NCBI GenBank assembly: GCA_023247725.1
Contig: JAHFFW010000002.1
Coordinates: 160 to 64,159 of the forward strand
Reading direction: 5' to 3'
Source of the DNA: Candidatus Omnitrophota bacterium
Lineage (GTDB): Bacteria; Omnitrophota; Gorgyraeia; Zapsychrales; JAHFFX01
DNA: 64,000 bases
A program made the translations under genes and the position numbers. Below, in pieces: positions 40,783 to 50,800 of this stretch. The notes beneath the pieces are model-generated. The model ran no database searches and had not been told where the DNA came from. It saw only the letters and a list, made by a program, of their open reading frames with translations. How positions within the stretch are numbered: position 1 is the first letter of the stretch; the number at the start of each line of letters is the position of its first letter.

Positions 40783-42720
40783 ATGGGCGTTGTCCATAAA
40801 CTAAGACAAGAGGTGGTTGATTTTATTATCACCTTAAAAAAAGAAAACCCTTCACACAGTTGCCGGGGGCTCGTCGGCCTAATCCAGCAAAGATTTCAAA
40901 TTGAGGTTTCCAAATCATCGGTTAATGCAGTCATTAAAGGGGCCCAATTGAGCAGTTCTATTGGAAGAAAATTGGGCTCCGGAAAAAAGCAAAATAAATT
41001 TAAAATTCCAATAGAAAAAAAACAACAACTCTTTTCAATTGATGTCAAAAAAATACCATCGTCTCCATCAGAATTCCCTGTTTCATTCCCTTCCCCCACC
41101 CCAGACATAAAAGAAGTTACCCATTTAAGTGCAGAAACCGTTAATGAAGGAATTTTTTTAAAAGCACCAGCATCAGAGCAAGAAATTGAAAAATACGTTG
41201 CTAAAACCGACGCTCCTTCAAAAAAAGCAAAACAAGGAGCAGCAATTACAAAAGGTGTTAAGACTCAAAAAGAATTTTTTCCGACGGAGAAGAAGGATGG
41301 AAAAGGGTTCACTGCGATTGAACAGATTGAACGCTATGAGAGTCCAATGCCGACCGCTTTGCCAGATAATAATAATTCGTCGGTCAGAATGGCCGAACCT
41401 TTATTCGACTGCATGGGAAGCATTTTTTTGCGAGCGGCAGAATGGGAATTAGGCGTCTCATCGATTTGGGGACCCTTATTGAGTAAATTTATTCCACGCA
41501 TCAATACGGATATCCACACTTTAAGTAGTTTGCTTCTTTATTCCAGATTATTTGGTATTGAAGAGCCAGATAAAATTGACAATTATCCGCAATCAGAGAT
41601 TTGCTCCCTTTTAGGCATAAAGAACGGGATTGATGCTCATGACTTCTTTATAGTTTTAAAAGAGATTGAAAACAATGCTTCCCTGAGATTAGGACTGACT
41701 ATGGAACGAATACAACTTTTTTCAGAAGTGAATTTTTTGAAGCTCCAATTAGAGGACGGAAGAGAAGTCTTTTTGGATGCTCAGATGCATTCCATTTGGA
41801 ATCAGGATATACCGCCTCAATTTTGTTGCCCTTCAAATAAAATAATGTCCATTCTAATGAGCAAAATAATTGATAATGTCCAATCTGTAATAATTCAAAA
41901 AATTCCTGAGGACGCCAATTCATCCCATTTTTCGGATTTTATACAAGGTTTTGAAAATTTCCCCGGAAAACGAATTAAGACAATTATCCTGTATGATTCC
42001 CAAAAGCGCGAATTTGCCAATTTTCCTTATTTGCTGAACAAAAGAAGACATTTTATCATTGGATTGTGGCCATGGCAAAAAGAGTTTGCCCAATTGTCGC
42101 AAAGTTTGGAAGAAAAATCGCCGATAACAATGATGAATGAAAAATTCTTTTATGATGTGAAGGAATTAAATTTGATCACGCAAATGGGGCAACCTTTGTC
42201 CAGCTTGCGAGTATTTTGTTTGTATTCGACTCAATCTGATTCCCCTTTCCTCGCCGTTGCCACCAATATTCTCGACGATAAAAATAAGCCGGAAAAAATC
42301 ATATCGGAATATTGCAGCCGCTGGCCAAATTGGCAATGGGAACCGGAGTTGTTTATTCCTCGCGCGATCTCGGCTGAGCCCTCTCTCAATCTTGAAGAGG
42401 AATTAAACCTGAAATCTTCGCAGCAATATGAACAGTCGAACTTAAAGGCAATTCAACAGCTATTGCTTAACGATTTGAATACACACTGCAAAAAATATTT
42501 TTTCCCTCCTTATTACGCCGATTTGGGATTCGATGAACTTAATCGCCGATTTTATCAAATAAAAGGTTCTTTACAGCAAAGTCAAAACCAATTGAAAATT
42601 AAACTGATTCCTCCGAAGAGCTTTCCATATCATCAGGATCTCATGTGGGCAGCTAAAAGGCTCAATGAAAGTGCGATCGTGAGCCCAGAGGGGTTAGCTC
42701 TAACCATCTCAGTCAATTGA
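40783..42720 (+). CDS. hypothetical 645-aa protein with N-terminal transposase-like HTH
   Basis: N-terminus (LRQEVVDFIITLKKENPSHSCRGLVGLIQQRFQIEVSKSSVNAVIK) resembles transposase/homeodomain-like HTH; the remainder is unassignable; AT-rich and unrelated to the surrounding Tad genes. Confidence 0.4.
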   Translation: MGVVHKLRQEVVDFIITLKKENPSHSCRGLVGLIQQRFQIEVSKSSVNAVIKGAQLSSSIGRKLGSGKKQNKFKIPIEKKQQLFSIDVKKIPSSPSEFPVSFPSPTPDIKEVTHLSAETVNEGIFLKAPASEQEIEKYVAKTDAPSKKAKQGAAITKGVKTQKEFFPTEKKDGKGFTAIEQIERYESPMPTALPDNNNSSVRMAEPLFDCMGSIFLRAAEWELGVSSIWGPLLSKFIPRINTDIHTLSSLLLYSRLFGIEEPDKIDNYPQSEICSLLGIKNGIDAHDFFIVLKEIENNASLRLGLTMERIQLFSEVNFLKLQLEDGREVFLDAQMHSIWNQDIPPQFCCPSNKIMSILMSKIIDNVQSVIIQKIPEDANSSHFSDFIQGFENFPGKRIKTIILYDSQKREFANFPYLLNKRRHFIIGLWPWQKEFAQLSQSLEEKSPITMMNEKFFYDVKELNLITQMGQPLSSLRVFCLYSTQSDSPFLAVATNILDDKNKPEKIISEYCSRWPNWQWEPELFIPRAISAEPSLNLEEELNLKSSQQYEQSNLKAIQQLLLNDLNTHCKKYFFPPYYADLGFDELNRRFYQIKGSLQQSQNQLKIKLIPPKSFPYHQDLMWAAKRLNESAIVSPEGLALTISVN

Positions 42721-43238
42721 ACCCGCAATTTTTGTCCGCTCTACCTTTTTCTGACAATATTCTCGGTTTTGTTTATTTTTCTGCACAATTTTTCCTGTCC
42801 ATAAAAGATTGTCTCTTGACATTCAAAAGAGGCCCATGTTATATTTATAGAGCCATTTAAAACCAAATAATTTTATTAGAAAAAGACTACATATGAGAGT
42901 ACTTTTGCATATCACCATTTGTATCCGGGCAATTTTAAGACAAAAAATGCGGGTTTCAGATCTTCAAGGCATCATCCTTGAAGATTTTTTATTTTCAGGA
43001 AAGACAAAAATGGCTTTGACACCGTAAGGTGTTTTACCCGGGTCGGCGCGATTGGCCAAGGATCGTTATATGGACGAGATCGGCGAAAAGCGAGCCTCCG
43101 GTACCGACCATCGAAAGATGATCGGTATATATACAGCCCAGTCGTGGAGTTCACCCTCCTCTTGGTTTGGAGGAGGAAAGGGCTAAATTTATCTTCCGAA
43201 CACGGTAAGGAGAGGTTCATGATGGGGCAAAAATGCGA

Positions 43239-43382
43239 ATGAACAAAAAAGGTCAAAACATAATAGAATATGCCCTCGTCGCAGCCTTAGTCTCAGCGGC
43301 TATGATTGCCATGAGTACCTACGTGTTTCGTTCGTTTCAAGCAAACCAGAAGATGATTGAGGATGAATTCCAGAACAATTGA
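43239..43382 (+). CDS. flp: Flp-family pilin (47 aa)
   Basis: MNKKGQNIIEYALVAALVSAAMIAM...; G/xxxxEY class III prepilin motif; below the ORF-track cut-off. Confidence 0.6.
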   Translation: MNKKGQNIIEYALVAALVSAAMIAMSTYVFRSFQANQKMIEDEFQNN

Positions 43383-43438
43383 GGGGCAGCTTGCATCTGC
43401 CACTCGTCATTTTAAAGGTTTAGTAAGGAGGAACCATA

Positions 43439-43624
43439 ATGTTGAAAAACAAAAAAGGTCAAAGCACCTTGGAGTACATTATTTTGGTTACAGCGGTGAT
43501 TGCGATCATCATAGTCTTTTTAGGGCCATTCGGTATTTTCCGGCCGAAGCTGAATCAGGTCTTGGAAGACACGTCGAATTCGATGCTCAATATGTCAAAT
43601 CGACTTATGAATTCTCGCCGCTAG
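43439..43624 (+). CDS. flp: Flp-family pilin
   Basis: MLKNKKGQSTLEYIILVTAVIAIIIVFLG; strong RBS taaggagg. Confidence 0.7.
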   Translation: MLKNKKGQSTLEYIILVTAVIAIIIVFLGPFGIFRPKLNQVLEDTSNSMLNMSNRLMNSRR

Positions 43625-43667
43625 ATCGCAATTTTTAACTGAGGATTATTTACGGAGGTGACAATAA

Positions 43668-44015
43668 ATGTTTAGAAAATTGATGCGAATTAAAAAAGGA
43701 CAGACGACCGCCGAATATGCGCTGCTGATCGCATTGGTTGTGGCGGCGATTATTGCCATGCAGACATATGCCCAACGGACCTTGCAAGGCAGGATCCGGG
43801 ATGCTTCACAGTATCTCGTTAATGGGACTAGTGAGTTGGGAAACACGACTCATTATGAACCTTATTATCTGCAGACCGACTACGGCATCAGACGCAATGT
43901 GACGGACAATACCCGGTTAGGACTTAACCAGGTCGCCTATGACGAGGTTTCCAACCGCGTCAGGGAAACCTCGGGTTTTCAGTCGTCCGAGTATAGAGGG
44001 ATCAATGCCGAATAA
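43668..44015 (+). CDS. Flp/TadE-like pilin
   Basis: KKGQTTAEYALLIALVVAAIIAM prepilin motif; 115 aa. Confidence 0.6.
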   Translation: MFRKLMRIKKGQTTAEYALLIALVVAAIIAMQTYAQRTLQGRIRDASQYLVNGTSELGNTTHYEPYYLQTDYGIRRNVTDNTRLGLNQVAYDEVSNRVRETSGFQSSEYRGINAE

Positions 44016-44063
44016 TTCCCTGGTACGATTTTCAACTGTCATTTGTGATAAGGAGGACATTAA

Positions 44064-44390
44064 ATGTTCAAATACATAAGGAAGATTAAAGGGCAGAGCA
44101 CTCTCGAGTTCGCCATTTTAATCGTCATTATTATCGGTGCACTGTTGGCCATTCAGGTCTACATTAAAAGAGGGATTCAGGGCCGGTTGCGCAGTGCCGC
44201 CGATGATATCGGTGATCAATTCTCCCCAGGAAATACCAATTACACGAAAACCACCGTGACGAAAAGCAGCACAAAAGACACCTTCAAGAGCGGTGTTACC
44301 AACTCTTCGTTGCGGTCGGACGAAACAACCGATGTTTCTATGAATCAGAACATCAATAACACCGAGCAGGAATTCTGGGGTGGCAGGTAA
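44064..44390 (+). CDS. Flp/TadE-like pilin
   Basis: KIKGQSTLEFAILIVIIIGALLAI; 108 aa. Confidence 0.6.
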   Translation: MFKYIRKIKGQSTLEFAILIVIIIGALLAIQVYIKRGIQGRLRSAADDIGDQFSPGNTNYTKTTVTKSSTKDTFKSGVTNSSLRSDETTDVSMNQNINNTEQEFWGGR

Positions 44391-44411
44391 TCCGAATGGC
44401 GCAAATCCAAC

Positions 44412-44447
44412 ATGGCTTACTCGAGAGATTTTTCTCGGGTAAGCCAT
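44412..44447 (+). terminator. intra-operon hairpin (attenuator/terminator) after the fourth pilin gene
   Basis: atggcttactcgaga-gatttt-tctcgggtaagccat: a 15-bp stem with one mismatch. Confidence 0.4.
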
Positions 44448-44505
44448 GTTTCATTATGGCACATAATTTTTAGAGGACTAGGTAGGATTCAACTTTATCA
44501 AAAAA

Positions 44506-44864
44506 TGGACCCGGTCAAAAAAACCAAAAAGGCGCAAATCATCGGTGAATATGCCGTTACTTTTTTTGTCGTGACCAGCGTCATTATTGCCATGTCTGTT
44601 TTTATGATTCGGGTGTTTCAGGCCCGGATCTTCGATGCCCGGCGCTATATGGTCAACACCGTCAAGAGTGCTCCGCACATCGGAAAAATCAGATTAGAGT
44701 ATGAGCCCTATTATACGAATACCGACACCTTGACCGACCGGACAAGCTCGGAGGAAAAAAGTCTTCTCGAAGGAGGCCATACCGGAATCTTTCGAAAAGT
44801 TTGGGATGATCATACCGCGGCGCAAACCACGAGCGAACAGCGACCACCCAAAGATGCTGATTAA
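44506..44864 (+). CDS. Flp/TadE-like pilin
   Basis: Start moved to the Met of MDPVKKTKKAQIIGEYAVTFFVVTSVIIAM (listed ORF starts at 44412, inside the hairpin). Confidence 0.5.
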
Positions 44865-44891
44865 GTGTGATCAGTAAAGTGCGGTGGAACA

Positions 44892-45236
44892 ATGCGAAGA
44901 CATCTCCAGAAACAAAATCAAGCGCAAAACCTTTCCGAGTACGTCATTGTTCTCGGACTGGTGACGGCGGTGTTTTTTGCCCTAGGGCCACTTTTTCGCC
45001 GGGGCACTCAGGCAGTGATTAAACTAACGGCTGATCAGATCGGAAATCAGGTCAATGCAGAACAGCGAGTGACTCCTCGAAGCGGTTATTTGGAAAGTTT
45101 ATATACAACGACTCGATCTGCGCAAAATAATAATACGAACGAATCTTTAGGCGTTCTGACCTATACTTACGGTGAATCGGAAGGCGCCTCATCGGATTCG
45201 ATGGTGAATCTGGGTTTCACAAACAGGTACGAATGA
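44892..45236 (+). CDS. Flp/TadE-like pilin
   Basis: NQAQNLSEYVIVLGLVTAVFFAL; 114 aa. Confidence 0.5.
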   Translation: MRRHLQKQNQAQNLSEYVIVLGLVTAVFFALGPLFRRGTQAVIKLTADQIGNQVNAEQRVTPRSGYLESLYTTTRSAQNNNTNESLGVLTYTYGESEGASSDSMVNLGFTNRYE

Positions 45237-45544
45237 TGTTGAAAAATAAAGGTCAATCAACCCTGGAGTATGTCGTCCTTATCATTGTGGTCATGGGAGC
45301 GCTCATTGCGACGAGTGATTATGTGAAACGGGCCATTCAAGGACGTTGGAAAACCTCCGTCGACGATTTGGGGGACCAATACGATCCGGCGTACGCCAAC
45401 TCAACGATCACTCATGCAACAAACGGCACCTCCATTACCAGTATCACCACCATCAATGCGACTGGCGGTTTTTGGACGAAACGACTGGATTCCTCTAATA
45501 TGGAAGAGTCCAAGGCGGGATTTACGGCGATCGGGGCCTATTGA
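45233..45544 (+). CDS. Flp/TadE-like pilin
   Basis: MMLKNKGQSTLEYVVLIIVVMGALIA; start overlaps the previous stop. Confidence 0.6.
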   Translation: MMLKNKGQSTLEYVVLIIVVMGALIATSDYVKRAIQGRWKTSVDDLGDQYDPAYANSTITHATNGTSITSITTINATGGFWTKRLDSSNMEESKAGFTAIGAY

Positions 45545-45718
45545 GTTATTCGGCCTTCTGTAGAAGTGTCAAGGCTAAAGAGCCTCATGGGTCTAACATT
45601 TACATAACACTTGACACTCGGTTAACGCCCGCAGGGCAAGCCCTGACTGCTCATGACTCCCGACGATAAAATTCCCGCGGGGTCTATTTAGGGGCAATAT
45701 TTTTGGCCAATCAAATTC

Positions 45719-47353
45719 ATGGGGAACAAAAATAGAATACAATTTTCGGAAAAGGCCCAGACGGCCATGGAACTGGCCGTTTTCGGAAGTATTTTCGTTT
45801 TCATTTTGGGAGCCATGATCCGAGCCTCGGTTAACAATAGTTTCACCCAAAACGAATACTTAAGAGCCCTGCGCCTGGCGATGCAAAGGTCCTTCGAGTC
45901 TTCGACGAGCAGTTTTGATGATAATACGGGTGACATGTCCCGCGCCACCGCCAGTTTGGCTTTTATCGAAGACCGCACCTCTCCTGATGCCAACAAATAT
46001 GGGTCTTTGACGCGCAATCCTTATGTAGTCAGCGTCTCTGCCTCTTTTTCCAAGAATCTTTTTAAGACGATGGATTATGGGGACAAGCCAGATCTCCCCA
46101 TCGAAGACATGTTCATTAATGGACAGCATTTTACATTTTCGATTGCGGGTTATCGTTGGTATATTGTTGCCCAAAGCAATTCGCAACCCAACGCCGCAAA
46201 ATATACAGATCCACTCGGGACCTCGGTTTGGGTTCCCATTCCCCCCAACAGTCCTTTCGGTCCCGGGGTTAGTGATTGGAGTAACGGCTGTGGAAAATTA
46301 GGAGCCGCCTCGGCGGATGGCGGATGTCGCCGTTTTTATGTGCTGGTGGCCAATGGACGGACCGCCGTCAGCAGTTCTGAACCCAGTAGTACACAGCCGG
46401 CATTTTGTTCGGCCGATCCCTGCCAATGCGCCGGGGGGTCTTGTGACACGACGTGCCAGAACCGAAAAAATAACTGTGAAGCGGGGTGTCCTCCGGCCGG
46501 AGATCTTTATCGAGCCACCTGTCTTTTTGGTTGTCAGTTGGGAATGGCTGTTTGTGTGCAATATAACCCCAACAATGATTTGACCGCGGCTCAACGCTTT
46601 GATTTGAACAGGGACGGCATTGTGGATGTGACTGATCCCGGGTTGCGTTCCCTCTTTTCCTGGCAATGGAATACGGTTTATGCCAATACGATTGAAATCA
46701 ATCTGGAAGTGGGCGACAATACTACGGTCGATGTCGACGGGGATCTGAAAGAAGAGCAGATCCTGGAGATGATTGATAATGCCGGACGGATTTATAAGCC
46801 CGATGATGAAGCCAATGGAAAAAGCAAAGCAAAGATCAAGGCTCCGATTCGAGCGGTCAAGGTCCTGGATTTTAATCAAGGGGACTTTGATATGAGCGAT
46901 CCACCGGGACAGGCCGATCCTCCGGTCGGTCCCGGACCCTTAAACCCTCCCCCTCCCCGTTCTGGATTAAAAGAAGAAATGATCATGTACACCTATACAA
47001 GGGAAGGGACGTATTTGCAAATTCGCGAGGGCAAGCTTTTTAATCCCGAGAGCGAAACCACGGTTCGCAGTTGGCAGAAACGCGATCAGGTGGATGTGAT
47101 CGAGCGGCAGATTCAGTTAAGCACGGACACGGGGCGTTTTTGTGAAAATGATCCCGGTTGGGAACAAAATCCGGTGAAAAGACACACAGGGCGTCCTAGT
47201 GCTACTAACCCGGCGGTGGAGGCCTGTAACGACTGTTACAGTGCGGCCAATATTTATAAAACCTGTTTTGACGAAACCTCGCTTATGCTTTATGTCCGCA
47301 GCCGGATTCAAGATCGTCGGGGCCGTCACTGGATTACGGATGTTTCGCCATGA
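45719..47353 (+). CDS. large pilin-like protein with Cys-rich region and dockerin/TSP3-like Ca-binding loop
   Basis: 544 aa; N-terminal SEKAQTAMELAVFGSIFVFILGAMI prepilin-like segment; Cys cluster (CSADPCQCAGGSCDTTCQNRKNNCEAGCPPAGDLYRATCLFGCQLGMAVC); DLNRDGIVDVTD loop (46601-46636). Confidence 0.6.
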   Translation: MGNKNRIQFSEKAQTAMELAVFGSIFVFILGAMIRASVNNSFTQNEYLRALRLAMQRSFESSTSSFDDNTGDMSRATASLAFIEDRTSPDANKYGSLTRNPYVVSVSASFSKNLFKTMDYGDKPDLPIEDMFINGQHFTFSIAGYRWYIVAQSNSQPNAAKYTDPLGTSVWVPIPPNSPFGPGVSDWSNGCGKLGAASADGGCRRFYVLVANGRTAVSSSEPSSTQPAFCSADPCQCAGGSCDTTCQNRKNNCEAGCPPAGDLYRATCLFGCQLGMAVCVQYNPNNDLTAAQRFDLNRDGIVDVTDPGLRSLFSWQWNTVYANTIEINLEVGDNTTVDVDGDLKEEQILEMIDNAGRIYKPDDEANGKSKAKIKAPIRAVKVLDFNQGDFDMSDPPGQADPPVGPGPLNPPPPRSGLKEEMIMYTYTREGTYLQIREGKLFNPESETTVRSWQKRDQVDVIERQIQLSTDTGRFCENDPGWEQNPVKRHTGRPSATNPAVEACNDCYSAANIYKTCFDETSLMLYVRSRIQDRRGRHWITDVSP

Positions 47354-47709
47354 AAATGAAACGATGGCTAGCGACAAAATCGGTTCCTCTCACCCCGGGG
47401 GTGAGAGTGCCCTTCTCTCACCCCCGGGGTGAGAGGGTGGCTCGAAGGCGGCCACGGTCAGCCCAGGTCACCATTGAATTTGCTTTTTGCTTGATCATTG
47501 TGGCGGTCCTGGTCTATGGTTTAGTCCGGGCTTTCCGTTGGGCCGGATTGGATCTGGCCGAGCGAAGGGCCAAGGCCGATGAGTCCATTATGGCGCCGAT
47601 TGATGAAGATTGGCAACCTCCGGATAAGTTCAAAACTGGTCCGCCGGCGCAGCTGAAGACCACTTATTACCGAACGAATAAAATGGGCCTGGTTTTCAAT
47701 AATTGGTAA
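47350..47709 (+). CDS. tadE: TadE-like pseudopilin
   Basis: RSAQVTIEFAFCLIIVAVLVYGL is a TadE/TadG-type N-terminal motif. The ATG at 47350 overlaps the upstream stop, and an alternative GTG start lies at 47437, just after two palindromes. Confidence 0.55.
   Translation: MKMKRWLATKSVPLTPGVRVPFSHPRGERVARRRPRSAQVTIEFAFCLIIVAVLVYGLVRAFRWAGLDLAERRAKADESIMAPIDEDWQPPDKFKTGPPAQLKTTYYRTNKMGLVFNNW
47387..47435. repeat. two tandem copies of a 21-nt palindrome
   Basis: ctctcaccccgggggtgagag (47387-47407) and ctctcacccccggggtgagag (47415-47435), 7-nt spacer; inside the leader-coding part of the tadE-like ORF. Confidence 0.6.
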
Positions 47710-47711
47710 TC

Positions 47712-47749
47712 CTTCTACGCCCCAATGTTTTCACGTTGGGGCGTAGAAG
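47712..47749 (+). terminator. strong hairpin between the tadE-like and giant tadG-like genes
   Basis: cttctacgccccaa-tgttttcacg-ttggggcgtagaag: a perfect 14-bp stem beginning 3 nt after the stop. Confidence 0.45.
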
Positions 47750-47812
47750 AACCGTTCCTTCGAAGCTCAAACGCCCTGCTCACGGCGGGGCGAAGGAGAA
47801 TAGGAGAGCGAT

Positions 47813-50800
47813 TTGATTCGTTTTCTCCATAAGATTTTTGCAAAATTTTCCCGCACCAAACTCCGTTCCGGAGGGCAGGTGGCCGTGATCCTCATCTTGA
47901 TTACGGCCATTGCCCTTATTCTTTACGCCGTGGTTTTAAATCTGGGCCGAATTTCCACCCACAAAACCCTCGTCACGATGGCTTCTTCCGTCGGCACGAG
48001 TTTCCTTGCCTCGGAAATGGCCAGTTACGCCGAGTCCATGTACCAGGTTCAATTGGGCGGAGAAAAGGGAGCGAAGGATGATACCAGCGTTTGTGCCTTC
48101 ACCGGTTGGTTTGCTGCCCTCATCAAGGTTGCTCTGGTGGTTGCGGCCCTGGTCATCATCATTGTTACGCACGGATCAGGTTGGATGATTGCGATGGCCA
48201 TCATTGGTTTGGTCGTGGCTGGCATTGGTGCTTTTATGCAGATCGCCTTTATCCAGCCCGGGATCACCAAACTCTGGAACAAACAGATGGCCGATATGTC
48301 CGAGCCGGATAATTTTGTCGAGTCGGGCATTCGCACCGCCTTGCAGGCCGTCGTGACGGACAACGAATATGTCCCGGATGTCTATGATCAGGATCTGGAT
48401 CGAAAAACCTTTGCCGCCGACGGAGATAAGATCAACCGTTTTGCGTATTATTACACGGACCGGTTGAGCCGGCACCCTAGTAACGATCCCCGGGTTGCCC
48501 GCGAATTTCAAAAAGATTTGCGCCGGCTTTTGATCACCCTGTATCTTCCGGCCGATTGCTCCGATCCCAGCAACCCGAGTGCCCATCCCTGCTGTTTTGA
48601 TCCGGCCAATAATTGGAAAGTTTTGCCGTCCTATTGCAATCAATGCTGTGTCTTTAGTGATCTGGACACTCGGATTGATCCCAACACAGGAACCTTTGTC
48701 AAAGACGAATTTGGCCGGCGGCTTTACAAAAATACTGCCCGGCCGCAGTGTTGTTATGATCCTTTGAACGAGCCCGGCGGAGCCGGGACTCGCGCCGCCC
48801 CTGACACTTATTATTGCGGCACAACCGAGACTTGTGGAAACTTGAACGGAAATGACAAGGATCCTTTTAATGCCGCAACGCACCCGGTTGCGGCTGATCC
48901 CAATGATTTGCGTTGGATTTATGATCCTTTTTGGGAAGATGAACGCAATTTTAACGTTTTATCCATGCGAGCCCGGATCGGCCGTGATGATGAAACCAAG
49001 ACCTATCGATTACCCTTTAAAGGAGGATACGATTTTCCGCCGACGATGACGCCGGATGCCCTGGGTGTTTCTCCCGGAGATATGTGGCGATTAAATGATA
49101 CCAAATATTGGGACTTAACGACTCCCATTACGACGGAGCTTCCCGACCTTAATATATTTCCCTTTCTGTACCGGTTGACCTGGGGAGTGGACCTGCGCGA
49201 TCGAACGGTATACGATGCAGAAATGACGCCCAATACCTGGCCCGTTGGGGAGCCGGAGAAGTGCCATTGGTACAATATGAATCAGTTTTTCGGTGGGGCC
49301 CCGTGTCCGCCTCCTTACAGTGACGATCCTGTGACTATGAACACCGCCGACCTGAAGGGTAATCTTCCCCTCGGGTATCCAGTTCAATTGTATCTTTCCC
49401 TTGACCCGGCGACCCTGACTTATACCAAGGCCGGGTGGGTGGAGGGGCTCGGCCAGGGCATGTGTCAGGGCTCCGCATGCGTTTCCGACAAAATTCTGAA
49501 TATCCCTGGTCTAATAACCAAGAACGATGATTGCGCTTTGGATGATGCGGCTCACCGAGATTGTGACCACGCCCTCGATCCTCCCTGGGATTGCATTCAA
49601 TATTATTCCTGGAAGCCCGGCGCGGATCGGTATTGCAATTTGAACTGGCCATACTTTGCGCGATGCGCCAAATATGGAGTTTGTTGTTTTGGCGATAGCG
49701 AGGTCGAATGTGACTGCGGCGATGGCGTTGGCGGCCCTAATTCTGCCCTGGTGGCCAGTTGTTCCGACGAAGTGCCCGGGAAATTAAGGTATATCAGTGC
49801 GCCGGACCCAGGCGATGCGTGGGCAGACGATCCGTTGGATGAATTTATTTATGGTTCCGGTGAATTTATCGCCTGGGCCAAGGCCATCGTTGAGAGTTCT
49901 CCTCAGAATTTAAACGAGAATCTGAGAAATTGGTACAGCGAAGCGGCGACCTGGATTGAACCGGGGTGTCCTCGTCCGCCTTGTTCCAGCGGTTTTGTGA
50001 ACCAATTGAATCCCGGCGCCTTGTTTCGATGGATTGATCAGTTTGATTCTTATCAAAGGAATCTGGCATTTTGGTTGGGAATGGAACGCCGCGCCGGTAG
50101 CCGTGACGAACTAGGTGATCTTTGCAACGAGGTCTGGTGTGTTCCCGGAAATCCGGATGGCAGCGTCGGAGACCCCACCGGAAAGGAGCTGCGCGATATT
50201 TGTGATGCGGCCTCCTGCCCCGCGATTTGTCCCGGCGTCAAAAAAGGAGGAACCGAAACCCTTCTGGGAGTGATCACCGACTACGTCGGAGAAGGCGCTC
50301 CGCGGCCGACGGGAAGTTTTTTTGGCGTCGATGCAGAGGGACTTCCCGCAGTGGGCAATCCCACCGGCGTGATCAATTGTTTGAATTTCAATGCCCTCGA
50401 CGGCGATGTGATTGATCCTTATACGGATCCATTTACCGGCCAAATTTTTTCCGATGCCAATGATCCTGCCAATGCCCTTTCGGGAAATTCCGCTAAATTC
50501 GTGCGGGCCTGGGAAACCTGCGATGAGACGACCACACTCATGCTGCCGCGCTCCTTGCTTCATCCCGACCGGAATTTTGACACCAATGAATTCGTGCCTC
50601 CGCATCATCCGAAAAAAAGGGTTGATCTCGGAGTCAATGGCCAGTATAGCGATCCGGAGTTTTTCAAAAAATGTTTGGACGATTGCAATCCGGGACCAGG
50701 TAGTGGAGACTGGGGGAAGTATTGTGAGCCAGCGACTGAGTATGGGGAGCCCACGCCTTTCCGCGGACCAGCGAAGGCAACGATTCCCACGTACCCGGTC

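Noticed and set aside
42972-43256. 94-aa minus-strand ORF in the pilin-array leader
   Set aside because: No RBS, and it overlaps the putative structured leader and the first flp start; likely non-coding
47387-47435. Possible CRISPR array
   Set aside because: Only two palindromic repeat copies with a 7-nt spacer; no cas genes; not a CRISPR
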